Part shown: positions 1 to 9,134 of the stretch, piece after piece | Layout: every line of letters begins with the position of its first letter | How positions within the stretch are numbered: position 1 is the first letter of the stretch | Assembly (NCBI GenBank): GCA_964394645.1 | Contig: CAYMYC010000002.1 | Coordinates: 28,105 to 92,104, forward strand | Direction: 5' to 3' | DNA from: an uncultured Gammaproteobacteria bacterium | GTDB taxonomy: Bacteria; Patescibacteriota; Microgenomatia; Levybacterales; GWA1-39-11 | Length of the DNA stretch: 64,000 nucleotides | Notes under the pieces: model-generated | What the model saw: only the letters and a program-made list of their open reading frames with translations | Databases searched by the model: none | Told to the model about the DNA's origin: nothing | Position numbers and translations under genes: made by a program

Positions 1-981
1 AGAAATCAAAGAATCTTTTTGATCTATAGTTTTTTTAAAAGGAACTAGCTCTTTTTCCTTATCAGAAATATTCTGCCTTGTCTCGCGCAGGTTTGACTCT
101 ACGTCCTTTCTTATACTTAGACTTGTACTATTCGCCTCTTCCTCAAGTCTTGCTTTGTCTTTTCTCAAGTCCGCAAGCTCGTTCTCTATTCGCTCCCTAT
201 CTGGTCCTTCCTCCCGAACCTTCTGCTCTACATCTTTCAATTCTTTACCCGCACCGTTTTGCGTATCAGAAAAAGATTCTTTTCTTACTCTATTCTCCTC
301 AGCTTTTCTTACACTTGCCTCAAACTGATCATTTAATGCGTCTGCTTTTGCCTTCTGCCTGTCAAGCCTTCTTTGAATCACCGTTTCGTCTTCCGATACC
401 TCTCTGTCCTTTTCCATAAATGATTTGTACTTTGCCTGAAGAGCTTCCACAAACCTGTTGTCCCCCGGCTTACGCCCTGCGTCTAACTGCTCTGTCACGA
501 AGCGAACCCATTCATTTAAAGAATTAGGACTTGCGTCAATAGCATCCGCGAGATCTTTAAAAACTGGATCTCTCCCCATCATTTCACGAATAGGAGCTAT
601 TAATGAATCGCTTGTCAAATTCGCATGTGCTTCAAGATACGTTTTATCTCCTGAAAATACTGCCCGCAAGACTGCGTCTATCTTCTTTGCTGTATCTTTG
701 TCTTCAGGGGTTACAGTAGCTGATTCAATTACCTTCCCTGCCTTGTCTTCCGTTGGCACTTGCGCTCCTTCATTTTTTTCGCCCCTCATTCCTTCCATAA
801 AAGCATGGTCGTCTCCACCTAATGCTTCACGTCTTTTTTCAAGACTTTTTTTCGCAACATCTGCAGCCTTTTGTTTTTCTTTATTTTGCTGTTCTTGTGG
901 GGTTAGCTCCGTTCTATTTGTAATAGCACGCGCAGTTGCTTCTGCTTGTATTTTTTTTGAGATGTCGGGTGTTGCTATCAT
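1..981 (-). CDS. Hypothetical K/E-rich coiled-coil protein. The start codon (read on the minus strand, at 979..981) and about 325 N-terminal codons lie in the window, and the ORF continues past the window edge.
   Basis: Hand translation of the minus strand gives an uninterrupted ORF from the ATG at 979..981 to position 1. An AAGGAG ribosome-binding site precedes the ATG. It is missing from the ORF track because it has no stop inside the window. The plus-strand ORFs 78..419 and 458..988 are its low-complexity antisense frames. Confidence 0.5.
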   Translation of the reverse strand, partial: MIATPDISKKIQAEATARAITNRTELTPQEQQNKEKQKAADVAKKSLEKRREALGGDDHAFMEGMRGEKNEGAQVPTEDKAGKVIESATVTPEDKDTAKKIDAVLRAVFSGDKTYLEAHANLTSDSLIAPIREMMGRDPVFKDLADAIDASPNSLNEWVRFVTEQLDAGRKPGDNRFVEALQAKYKSFMEKDREVSEDETVIQRRLDRQKAKADALNDQFEASVRKAEENRVRKESFSDTQNGAGKELKDVEQKVREEGPDRERIENELADLRKDKARLEEEANSTSLSIRKDVESNLRETRQNISDKEKELVPFKKTIDQKDSLIS

Positions 982-982
982 A

Positions 983-1324
983 TTATGATACTCCTTCTGC
1001 TGCTTTTAAAACCTGCAGCGCCTGATCTATTTGTCCATTCTTTATAAGATTCTCTGCTTTGTCTACTGACTTTTTATCCTCTGCCTCTTTTGCTTCCCCC
1101 TCAATGAATCGCTCAATCGGCAAGAAAAATGACCATTTTTGAGATAATTCAATTAGAAAAGTCACTAATTCTTCCTCTGTTTTTATGGCATCTATTCTAT
1201 TTAAAATAAAATCAGAAACAACGGTAAGCTCCTCTTCTGAAATAATTCCTGCTCCTACTGCATCTATCATTGAGTCAACCATCATCTTTTCGACTGATTT
1301 TTTCTTGTCAATTGTAAATTCCAT
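983..1324 (-). CDS. Hypothetical small acidic protein (113 aa), first gene of a two-gene minus-strand operon with the downstream coiled-coil protein
   Basis: The ORF track entry is a clean ORF whose stop sits 1 nt before the RBS and start of the next minus-strand gene. No recognisable motif. Confidence 0.4.
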   Translation of the reverse strand: MEFTIDKKKSVEKMMVDSMIDAVGAGIISEEELTVVSDFILNRIDAIKTEEELVTFLIELSQKWSFFLPIERFIEGEAKEAEDKKSVDKAENLIKNGQIDQALQVLKAAEGVS

Positions 1325-1401
1325 ACTTAATTAAACGATTCTAAAACGTAATCTCTTTATCATTCTTATACTCATATTATGGGCTTTTTATTTTATTTTC
1401 C

Positions 1402-1428
1402 TTGACAACAAAATAACAGATATATTAC
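1402..1428 (+). promoter_or_regulatory. Candidate sigma70-like promoter (TTGACA then a TATATT/TTACAA -10 region) in the divergent intergenic region upstream of the T4SS-like block
   Basis: A perfect TTGACA hexamer lies at 1402..1407 with AT-rich -10-like hexamers 13-17 nt downstream. Spacing is not ideal. Confidence 0.25.
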
Positions 1429-1572
1429 AACTATCTTCTTATTCATGGTACGGCAAAACATAAGTGCATGTCAAGAAAACACAGCGCTTTTCACGCTACG
1501 CACAGAATACCTTTATTTTGACCTATTTTGATAATCTTGAAAGCATATGTTTCACGTTATACCCTGTATTAT

Positions 1573-2655
1573 ATGGAAAATCACCCAATCCCGCAGGATG
1601 TTACAGGATTTAAATTTAGGCTTATAGGATCTGTTACGGTAAAACAGTTTTTATATCTTTTAGGTGGCGGAGTGTTTGCGCTTTTGTTTTATTTTTTCCC
1701 AATTCCATTTTTGCTAAAACTTCCATTTATGTTTCTTTCAGGAGGTGTAGGGCTTTGTCTTGCGTTTGTGCCTATTGATGGAAGACCTATGGATAAGATG
1801 CTTGTTAACTTCTTTAAGGCAATTCCTGCGGAAAATCAATATATTTACAAAAAACATGGCGCACAAATGCCATATTTCACGTTTACTCCCCGGTCTCACG
1901 CTACCATTACAAGCTCTGCCTCAGAAGACAGCGCAGCCGTACAAAAAGCAAAGCTTTTTAATCAGCTTGCAAGTTCTTATTTTAAGCCTGATCCTGATGA
2001 AAAATCTCAAGTTGAAAACGTGAGCAATCTCTTTAAAGACGGCACAGCTCAACAGGGCGGATTTACGAATAGAGTTATTAAGGCAGATGAAAACGCTCCA
2101 GTAATACCCGCTTCCGCTAGCTTCACTCACCACCAACCGGAAGCAAAAATAGAAGGAATGTCTACTCCCCATGCGAAAGCTCCTGCGCTTCCTGTTCAGG
2201 AGAATAAAAGTCAAATAGTTACCCCACCTGCTGGCTTATCCCAAGTTATTTCTCCTGTGGTGCCCCCAACAACTCCTATTCAATCTGCAACACCACCTCC
2301 AGCAATGCCTCCGCAAGCATCCGTAGGGGGAATAGACATGGCAAACATCTTACAAGGCAAAATACTTGACCCCAGAGGAAAACCGCTACCTCATATCATT
2401 GTGGAAGTGCTTGACACTCAAAACGTTCCACTCCGAACCTTCCGGACTGACGCAAATGGGTTTTTTAGAGCAGCAACTCCACTCCCAAACGGTATGTATA
2501 CACTACATCTGGAGGACACGTTAAAAAAACAAGACTTTCAAGACAAGAGAATAACGCTTGACGGATCCGTAGCTCAACCTATTCAGGTAATATCTGTTGA
2601 TCAACGTGAGAAATTAAGACGCGAGCTATTTGGAGTTGCTCAAAACACTCCATAA
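1573..2655 (+). CDS. PrgI/VirB3-like T4SS membrane protein: an N-terminal TM hairpin, a Pro/Ala/Gln-rich linker and a C-terminal carboxypeptidase-regulatory-like (transthyretin-fold) domain
   Basis: The N-terminus (FKFRLIGSVTVKQFLYLLGGGVFALLFYFFPIPFLL...) matches the charged-then-two-TM pattern of PrgI-family VirB3 analogues. The C-terminal GKPLPHIIVEVLDTQNVPLRTFRTDANGFFRAATPLPNGMYTL resembles CarboxypepD_reg domains. The ORF track starts at a TTG at 1528, and the first ATG is at 1573. Confidence 0.45.
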   Translation: MENHPIPQDVTGFKFRLIGSVTVKQFLYLLGGGVFALLFYFFPIPFLLKLPFMFLSGGVGLCLAFVPIDGRPMDKMLVNFFKAIPAENQYIYKKHGAQMPYFTFTPRSHATITSSASEDSAAVQKAKLFNQLASSYFKPDPDEKSQVENVSNLFKDGTAQQGGFTNRVIKADENAPVIPASASFTHHQPEAKIEGMSTPHAKAPALPVQENKSQIVTPPAGLSQVISPVVPPTTPIQSATPPPAMPPQASVGGIDMANILQGKILDPRGKPLPHIIVEVLDTQNVPLRTFRTDANGFFRAATPLPNGMYTLHLEDTLKKQDFQDKRITLDGSVAQPIQVISVDQREKLRRELFGVAQNTP

Positions 2656-2664
2656 AATCTGCCC

Positions 2665-3279
2665 ATGGCTAAAATTAAATCGAGCACACAATCATTTATT
2701 GAAATCGAAGATATCCGGGATGACACGGTATTTTTGAAAGGGAAAAATGCATGCTCCATTCTGGAGGTATCATCTGTTAATTTTTTTCTTCTTTCCCAAG
2801 ATGAGCAAAACGCCCGCATATATGGGTATATGTCGCTCTTAAATTCCCTCTCTTTTGCTATCCAAATCGTGATAGTTTCAAAAAGGATCGATCTTTCATC
2901 CTATATCTCATCTCTTGATCACAAAATTACCGTCACTCAAAACGCACGAGTTGCTGAACATTTAAGACTTTATAAGGACTTTATCCAAGAGCTTATAAAA
3001 GAAGATGGTTTGCTAGATAAAAAAACATATGTGGTAATCCCGTTTAACGCGTTAGAGTTAGGACCAACATCAGGAGGAGGAAAGAAAGTGTACGAAACAC
3101 GAATTACCGAGGCGATCAAAAGCAAACGAACAAATGTTATGACGCAAATAGAGCGGATTGGTCTTTCCAGTAGAGTTATTAAGGCAGAGGAATTGGGTCG
3201 GGTATTTTTTGAGCTTTTTAACCAAGCGACCATGAACGTGGACTTCTCAACAAGTGACGTAAAAAATATTATTGTGTAA
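2665..3279 (+). CDS. Stand-alone protein resembling the extreme N-terminal domain of long VirB4/TrbE/PrgJ-type ATPases
   Basis: The pattern FIEIEDIRDDTVFLKGKNACSILEVSSVNFFLLSQDEQNARIYGYMSLLNSLSFAIQIVIVSKRIDLSSY follows the CagE/TrbE/VirB4 N-terminal motif: a DG...a..l.g.d...l.s.eeq block, then a loose LnsL...Qi.v.s.r.d pattern. It stops 36 nt before the VirB4 gene, which has its own AAGGAG RBS. Confidence 0.45.
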   Translation: MAKIKSSTQSFIEIEDIRDDTVFLKGKNACSILEVSSVNFFLLSQDEQNARIYGYMSLLNSLSFAIQIVIVSKRIDLSSYISSLDHKITVTQNARVAEHLRLYKDFIQELIKEDGLLDKKTYVVIPFNALELGPTSGGGKKVYETRITEAIKSKRTNVMTQIERIGLSSRVIKAEELGRVFFELFNQATMNVDFSTSDVKNIIV

Positions 3280-3315
3280 ACATATGCTAAAAAAACAAAG
3301 GAGTAATTTTATATC

Positions 3316-5406
3316 ATGCTAGGACTAGGAAAGAAAAAACAAATAGAAAAAGGTGCACCTGCACAAACGACTCAGGCGGCACCACAAAACGCGCAGGCGC
3401 AAACTACACACGAGGTTGAAAAACTGAAGAACGGATCAGTGTCCCTTATAGATCTTCTTGCTCCCTCATCAGTTGAGGTAGATTTTAAATATATACGCGT
3501 AGGAGACGCATTTTACAGAACCTTTATAGTTATTGACTATCCACGTGAAGTTTCTCCCAATTGGCTTTCAATACTCATAGACTACAAGGAGACCATGAAT
3601 GTGTCTATGTTTATATATCCTGTTGAAAGTCGGGATATTCTCTCCAATTTGAAGCGCAAAATTGGAGAAATGGAGGCAACGATTGAATCTGACATGAAAA
3701 ACGGGATAGAACCTGATCCTAAGGTCAGGGCGTCTCTTGAAGACGCGATAGCGCTGCGTGAAGAATTAGCCCGCGGACTTGAACGATTCTTTCAGTTTGG
3801 ACTCTACGTTACGCTTTCCGCAAAAACGGTTGATGAGCTTGATAAAAAAACGAATGAACTTACTTCCCTACTTGCCTCAAACCTACTTGTCATAAAACCT
3901 GCAACACTCCAGATGGAAGACGGCTTTAAAACAACGCTCCCTCTGGGGGAAGATAAATTATTTATCACCCGAAATATGGATACTACATCCGTTGCCTCAA
4001 CGTTCCCCTTCACATCCTATGAAATATCTCAACCAAATGGTATTTTTTATGGAGTAAACACACTGAATAATTCGCTTATCATAGTGGATCGTTTCTCATT
4101 TGAAAACGCAAATTCTGTTGTCTTTGGAAAATCTGGATCTGGAAAATCTTTCCTGGTTAAGCTTGAGGTACTGCGCCAAATGATGTTTGATACAGAAATT
4201 CTCATCATAGACCCTGAAGATGAATATAGAGCCCTCTGCCACGCCCTAGATGGAGAATATATATCCTTCTCAAAGGACTCTGAAGTAAAAATTAACCCGT
4301 TTGCCCTTCTTTCAGATGACAGAACAGAAGCACAGCTTGGAATAAAATTCCTTGCCCTTCACTCACTTCTTAAAATTATGCTTGGTGAATTTTCCCCAAC
4401 ACAGGAAGCGCTTTTGGACCGCGCGCTCGTGTTGTGCTACAAGCAAAAAGGGATAATTCCTGACCCATCAACTTTTGGACGGGAACCTCCTATTCTTGAG
4501 GATCTATATAAAACTCTTCTAAATATGGAAGAGCCAGACGCAAAGGATCTCGCATTTCGGCTAGAAAAATACATCAAGGGAGGGTTTGCAGGACTCTTAA
4601 ACTCACAAACCAATTATGATGTGAAAAATCAGTTAACTATTTTTTCAATAAAACAACTTGAGGAGTCTCTTCGACCCGTAGCCATGCAGGTGATATTAGA
4701 TTTTATCTGGAATAGAGTGAGAACTAAGTTGAAAAAACGCATTTTAATAGTCGATGAGGCATGGTATCTTATGAAAAATCCTGATTCCGCAGCATTTTTA
4801 CAAGGAATTGCAAAACGGGCAAGAAAATACTATTTGGGAGTTACAACGCTTACCCAGGACATTGAAGACTTTTTATCCTCTGATTACGGGAAGGCAATTT
4901 TATCTAATTCTTCAATGCAGATCCTGTTAAAACAAAATTCTTCGGAGGTAGAAACACTTGCCTCAACACTTAACCTATCAGAGGGAGAAAAGCAATTTTT
5001 ACTAACTGCACAGGTTGGAGAGGGACTTTTTTTTGCAGGGCAAAATCACTTAACAGCTCAATTTCTGGCATCAAATTTTGAGTATCAATTGGTCACCTCT
5101 AAACCACAAGACATTTTAGATGAGGCACAAAGAACAAACACGGGAGCGGCAGAACAATTCATAAAAGAAGCAGACGCGCAGGCAAAAGCATCTTCTGAAA
5201 CAATAGCGACCTCTGAAACTCATACCCCTGTTCCACCCCCATCACAACAGCCTGGCGTTCAACCAATAACACAACAGCCCATTTCCCAACCTACTATGCC
5301 GCCGACTAGTCCTGCGGTCCCTACCCCACCGGCAGCTCAAAACCCACAACAAAATACACCAACAGCACAAGCAGAGATTACGCAAACAAAGATAAATAAT
5401 GGATGA
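3316..5406 (+). CDS. virB4: VirB4/TraE-family type IV secretion ATPase (Gram-positive type) with a Pro/Gln-rich low-complexity C-terminal tail
   Basis: Walker A VVFGKSGSGKSF, Walker B RILIVDEAWYLM and GVTTLTQDIEDF are present. The N-terminal block LIDLLAPSSVEVDFKYIRVGDAFYRTFIVIDYPREVSPNWLS is typical of TraE/PrgJ/TcpF-type VirB4. Confidence 0.8.
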   Translation: MLGLGKKKQIEKGAPAQTTQAAPQNAQAQTTHEVEKLKNGSVSLIDLLAPSSVEVDFKYIRVGDAFYRTFIVIDYPREVSPNWLSILIDYKETMNVSMFIYPVESRDILSNLKRKIGEMEATIESDMKNGIEPDPKVRASLEDAIALREELARGLERFFQFGLYVTLSAKTVDELDKKTNELTSLLASNLLVIKPATLQMEDGFKTTLPLGEDKLFITRNMDTTSVASTFPFTSYEISQPNGIFYGVNTLNNSLIIVDRFSFENANSVVFGKSGSGKSFLVKLEVLRQMMFDTEILIIDPEDEYRALCHALDGEYISFSKDSEVKINPFALLSDDRTEAQLGIKFLALHSLLKIMLGEFSPTQEALLDRALVLCYKQKGIIPDPSTFGREPPILEDLYKTLLNMEEPDAKDLAFRLEKYIKGGFAGLLNSQTNYDVKNQLTIFSIKQLEESLRPVAMQVILDFIWNRVRTKLKKRILIVDEAWYLMKNPDSAAFLQGIAKRARKYYLGVTTLTQDIEDFLSSDYGKAILSNSSMQILLKQNSSEVETLASTLNLSEGEKQFLLTAQVGEGLFFAGQNHLTAQFLASNFEYQLVTSKPQDILDEAQRTNTGAAEQFIKEADAQAKASSETIATSETHTPVPPPSQQPGVQPITQQPISQPTMPPTSPAVPTPPAAQNPQQNTPTAQAEITQTKINNG

Positions 5407-5424
5407 ATATTGTAAAACTATCAT

Positions 5425-8016
5425 ATGGCAAATAATTCTGGCACATACACCACTTCTGAGGATCAGATAAAAAATATTGAATCCTCAATAACACAACTGG
5501 TAAATGATCAGAAGGGTCTGGAAGAATTAGTTACAAATGGCACCATTTCACAGGAAGAAGGGGACACAAGAAAAGTTGAAATACGCAAAAAAATAAATAT
5601 TCTTCAAAACGAAAAGGCTGAAGCCGCAAGTGATCTTACTTTAAACCCAAACACTACTACAGAAAAAGCTAAGGAAGTAAACGACCAGGAAAACACGAAC
5701 GATCACAAAAAAGAGGAGCACAAAAGTACACACTCCACAGAGCACAGCCTTCATTTGGCACATAATAAATCTACCAGTAAAAACGAGAGTGAACCTTCAC
5801 TAGTAGACAGCGCATCTTCCGATGTACCGTCGGACCCATCAGAAAATAAAGAAAGAGGAATGGGTAAAAGCTCATCTATATCCTTTGAGAAGGATAGCTC
5901 ATTCAGGGTAAACGAAAACCGAAACTATGAAGATCAAATAGATAAAACGGCTCAAGCTATTGAAAACACTACAAAGCAGGAAACGCCTCCGTCAACACCT
6001 ACACCTTCTGAAGCAAAGCCGGAAGAATATCAGACAAATTCCCCACAAAAAATTGTACCCTCTCAGGAAGCTTCTACAAACGGTGCGCCTACAGCTACTG
6101 TTTCACAAACGACTTCCCCTATAGAACAATCAGATCAAAACATTCCTTCGCAGGAATCTATAAAAGAGTCATCCCCACACAAACCTACGACACCCCAAAA
6201 AGCTCCTTCTAAAACAAAACAGATAGTTAAAACTGCTGCGAAAAAGGGGGCAAAGGGATATGTGGATATATATAAATACACCCCACTAGGTTTTCTGCTA
6301 GGAAGACTAAGCCCACGCTTAAAAGAATGGGAATTTGGCAAAAAAATTGCGACAAGGATTTCAGAAAAAAGACCCAAAAATAAAGAAAAGCCTGAAGGTA
6401 ACGATGAAAAAAACACCCAACCTGAACCTAAAAAAATACAAAAAAAATCAAAAACACTAACCGCTACTAAAAAGGCGACCTCAATAACGCTTACCTGGTA
6501 CAAAAACGTGTATAAAAATTCGCCTCTTGGAATTTTATATAACAATACTAAGCACTTAATTCCCCCCTCTATTACTGCAGGAATTAAAAAAATATTACCC
6601 CGAAAAAAAATTCCTCCAAGTAAACCTCCTGCTGAGATAGGAAAACCAAAAACAGCAAAGGATTACCAAAGAATAGGAATCAATAGAATATTAACAAAGG
6701 CGATTGCGAATGGGTTTGACAGATTTGAACTTCTAAGAAAAGTTAGAGATGCAAAAGTTTGGCAAAGCAAAGCATGGAAATACGGAAGATATGCAGTTTC
6801 CCCTCTTGGAGCCACAGGCTACGCACTCTATAAACGTCGGAGGGAACAAAGACAAAAACAGGAGGAAAAAACCAATCCATCTTCTCATCAGTCACATATG
6901 CAACCAAGAGTGCTTAGAAGTGGGATACAGAACAGAAGCTCCTTTCCTGCAATGTCAAACCTGAATAAGCACCTAGGAAGAAGTTTAAGAAACAAAAGCG
7001 CGCAAAAAGCACTCTCTGCTGCAGGTAAAAAAGGAGGGCAACAAATCGCAAAAAAAGCGCTAAGTCAAATCACTCTGACTTTTCTTAAAACACCTGCTGG
7101 ATGGGTAACTGTTGGAGTTTCCTGTGTAATTTTACTCTTCATTGTGTTTGTAATGACAGTTATCACAATAGCATCTGATAGCTCAAGTGGTTCCGCACTG
7201 GGTGGCGGGGCAGGAGACGTAGGAGGTGGGGGACAGCCACCAACACAAAACCCCATCCCAAACTTTACGCTACAAAAAACAGTTTCACAAACCGAATTAG
7301 CTGAGATGGGCGAAATTACCTACACCATTTCCTATTCCTTTACTTCTGGCTCAACCGTTAAAAAGGAAGATATTATTATTTTTGATCAAATTCCAGAAAA
7401 CACAAAATTGGTTGATAATAAAACTTCGGGGAATTATACACTTGATACAACAGACCGCACCCTATCATGGAATCTTTCAGATTCAGGAAACGCCGCCGCA
7501 TCAACATTCTCCTTTACTGTTCTTCCTGTAAAAACTGATATAAACGTGGTAAACTCCGCGTGGGCACAGGCAAACGCATCTACCGCAGGACCAGGAGGAG
7601 CGCAATCACCAAATGCATGTACGAGACCCACAGAAGGAACAGGATATTGTTCATATGAACATCTCCTCCCTTATTTTAATAACCAACCCGACCTAGCACT
7701 AACCGCCTCACTGATTTGCAACCTTGAGAGCGGAAGCGATCCTTTTGCCACCAATAAGGTATGTCCAGATTACAGCATAGGACTGTTCCAGATCAATCTA
7801 ATTGCTCACTGTGGAGAAGCGTTTGATCCTCCACCAACCTGTACGGTCCTTAATTCTTCGCTTAGAAACGCGTGCGAACAGAGATTTCTGGATCCTTTAG
7901 AAAACATCCGGTATGCATATCAGCTTTATTTAAGCGGAGGAACTGGTTGGACCGCAAACAAGTGGTCCACATACCCTGCAGCAAAAAGCATTTTAGATTC
8001 CTGTGGTAATATATAG
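5425..8016 (+). CDS. Large membrane-anchored cell-wall hydrolase. It has an approximately 550-aa basic/disordered cytoplasmic N-terminal region, one TM helix, a DUF11-like beta-domain and a C-terminal SLT lytic transglycosylase domain (VirB1-like).
   Basis: The C-terminus (ESGSDPFATNKVCPDYSIGLFQIN ... YAYQLY) matches the family-1 lytic transglycosylase catalytic E-S ... G-L-(M/F)-Q-I motif. The TM helix is WVTVGVSCVILLFIVFVMTVITIA. The N-terminal half is coiled-coil and K/E/S/T/P-rich. Confidence 0.6.
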   Translation: MANNSGTYTTSEDQIKNIESSITQLVNDQKGLEELVTNGTISQEEGDTRKVEIRKKINILQNEKAEAASDLTLNPNTTTEKAKEVNDQENTNDHKKEEHKSTHSTEHSLHLAHNKSTSKNESEPSLVDSASSDVPSDPSENKERGMGKSSSISFEKDSSFRVNENRNYEDQIDKTAQAIENTTKQETPPSTPTPSEAKPEEYQTNSPQKIVPSQEASTNGAPTATVSQTTSPIEQSDQNIPSQESIKESSPHKPTTPQKAPSKTKQIVKTAAKKGAKGYVDIYKYTPLGFLLGRLSPRLKEWEFGKKIATRISEKRPKNKEKPEGNDEKNTQPEPKKIQKKSKTLTATKKATSITLTWYKNVYKNSPLGILYNNTKHLIPPSITAGIKKILPRKKIPPSKPPAEIGKPKTAKDYQRIGINRILTKAIANGFDRFELLRKVRDAKVWQSKAWKYGRYAVSPLGATGYALYKRRREQRQKQEEKTNPSSHQSHMQPRVLRSGIQNRSSFPAMSNLNKHLGRSLRNKSAQKALSAAGKKGGQQIAKKALSQITLTFLKTPAGWVTVGVSCVILLFIVFVMTVITIASDSSSGSALGGGAGDVGGGGQPPTQNPIPNFTLQKTVSQTELAEMGEITYTISYSFTSGSTVKKEDIIIFDQIPENTKLVDNKTSGNYTLDTTDRTLSWNLSDSGNAAASTFSFTVLPVKTDINVVNSAWAQANASTAGPGGAQSPNACTRPTEGTGYCSYEHLLPYFNNQPDLALTASLICNLESGSDPFATNKVCPDYSIGLFQINLIAHCGEAFDPPPTCTVLNSSLRNACEQRFLDPLENIRYAYQLYLSGGTGWTANKWSTYPAAKSILDSCGNI

Positions 8017-8018
8017 CT

Positions 8019-8486
8019 ATGAATAAAGTAAGAATAGTAATTTTTTCTGTATTAGTTACAATCATTGTTATTGTGTCAACAATTATCTTCCTTTTGTCAT
8101 CCGCACCACAAAAAACCACCCCACAAGAACTGATTGTCCCTACAAAAATCCCACCAGTCCTTTCAACAACTGATAAAATTATAATATCCGGAATTCCTAT
8201 TAAAAATCCCTACATTTCCCCGGTCCAACTAGATACACAGGGAGATTCACTCATGACGAGCACCGAGACATATAATCTTGTCTACCTAAAGCCGTTTAAT
8301 GAATTTCTTATATCAATAACCGGTGCTCCATTTGAAGTAAATAGACAACTTGCGGAAAAGGCTTTTCTTGAAAGGGTTGGCATAACACAGGAACAAGCTT
8401 GCCAAATAAAGGTAACTATTACTACTCCTGCCTCCGTCAACCCGACAGAAGCAGGTCAAAAGTATCCATTAAGTTTTTGTCCTTAG
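8019..8486 (+). CDS. Small single-pass membrane protein of the T4SS-like block
   Basis: The N-terminal TM helix is VRIVIFSVLVTIIVIVSTIIFLL. It is tightly coupled to flanking genes with 2-3 nt spacers. Confidence 0.4.
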   Translation: MNKVRIVIFSVLVTIIVIVSTIIFLLSSAPQKTTPQELIVPTKIPPVLSTTDKIIISGIPIKNPYISPVQLDTQGDSLMTSTETYNLVYLKPFNEFLISITGAPFEVNRQLAEKAFLERVGITQEQACQIKVTITTPASVNPTEAGQKYPLSFCP

Positions 8487-8489
8487 CCT

Positions 8490-9134
8490 ATGAAAAAATT
8501 ATTATTCATTTCAGCCATGCTAATTCTTGCCCCTATCTCACAAAGTGCTTTTGCCCAATTTAGAACTGATAGTAACACAGTTGCAACAAAGGTGGGAAAT
8601 CCCTCCAGTGTCAGTTCTAGCATAGGAGCTGTTGCGTCAGAACTGGCTAGTGTTGTAAGCGCTGCCTGTGAGGGCGCTGTTACTAGCAAAAACATTTCCT
8701 GCATGCAGGGCTTGTCTTTACCAAATATTCCGCATAAGCACCTGGCGATAAATGAGATAGTTAGATCTGCGACAGCAAATTATTGCGATGACAATAAAAA
8801 ATCTCTAGGAACGTGTCTACAGTGTGTGGGGTTTGTACAGGGAGCAGTAGGTGGCGCTCTAGGCGCATATTTAAACAATGGAGGGAACGCAAAGGATTTT
8901 GCAACAAATGTTCCATCAGGCTATCAATACATACAAGCTTCAAGTGGAACACTAGTTGCGGAAGGTGATATTATAATAAAAACTGGTGGCGGTTTTGGAC
9001 ATATCGCGGTTGTTACAAAAGTTTACGATTCAAGCTTAATACAAGTAGCTGAGGCTAATTTTAATTACGGAGGACAGATAGGACTTAACAACACTGCTCT
9101 TTCTTTATGGAATGGATGGTTGAGGAAACAATGA
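8490..9134 (+). CDS. Secreted CHAP-domain peptidoglycan hydrolase (amidase/endopeptidase)
   Basis: The signal peptide is MKKLLFISAMLILAPISQSAFA. The CHAP signature has a Cys in CLQCVGFVQGAVGGALGAY and a His in GGGFGHIAVVTKVYD. Confidence 0.65.
   Translation: MKKLLFISAMLILAPISQSAFAQFRTDSNTVATKVGNPSSVSSSIGAVASELASVVSAACEGAVTSKNISCMQGLSLPNIPHKHLAINEIVRSATANYCDDNKKSLGTCLQCVGFVQGAVGGALGAYLNNGGNAKDFATNVPSGYQYIQASSGTLVAEGDIIIKTGGGFGHIAVVTKVYDSSLIQVAEANFNYGGQIGLNNTALSLWNGWLRKQ

Noticed and set aside
78-988. Plus-strand ORFs 78..419 and 458..988 (113 and 176 aa)
   Set aside because: Both are low-complexity S/L/P/F-rich frames exactly antisense to a long minus-strand ORF with an AAGGAG RBS (1..981) that the ORF track omitted for lack of an in-window stop. 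They are antisense shadows.
1760-8119. Internal or antisense ORFs inside the T4SS-like genes (1760..2023, 1921..2214, 2970..3233, 3804..4013, 5242..5424, 6135..6545, 6749..6964, 7065..7256, 7434..7631, 7862..8119)
   Set aside because: Each is wholly embedded in, or antisense to, a longer ORF with clear protein motifs. They have low-complexity composition and no RBS.
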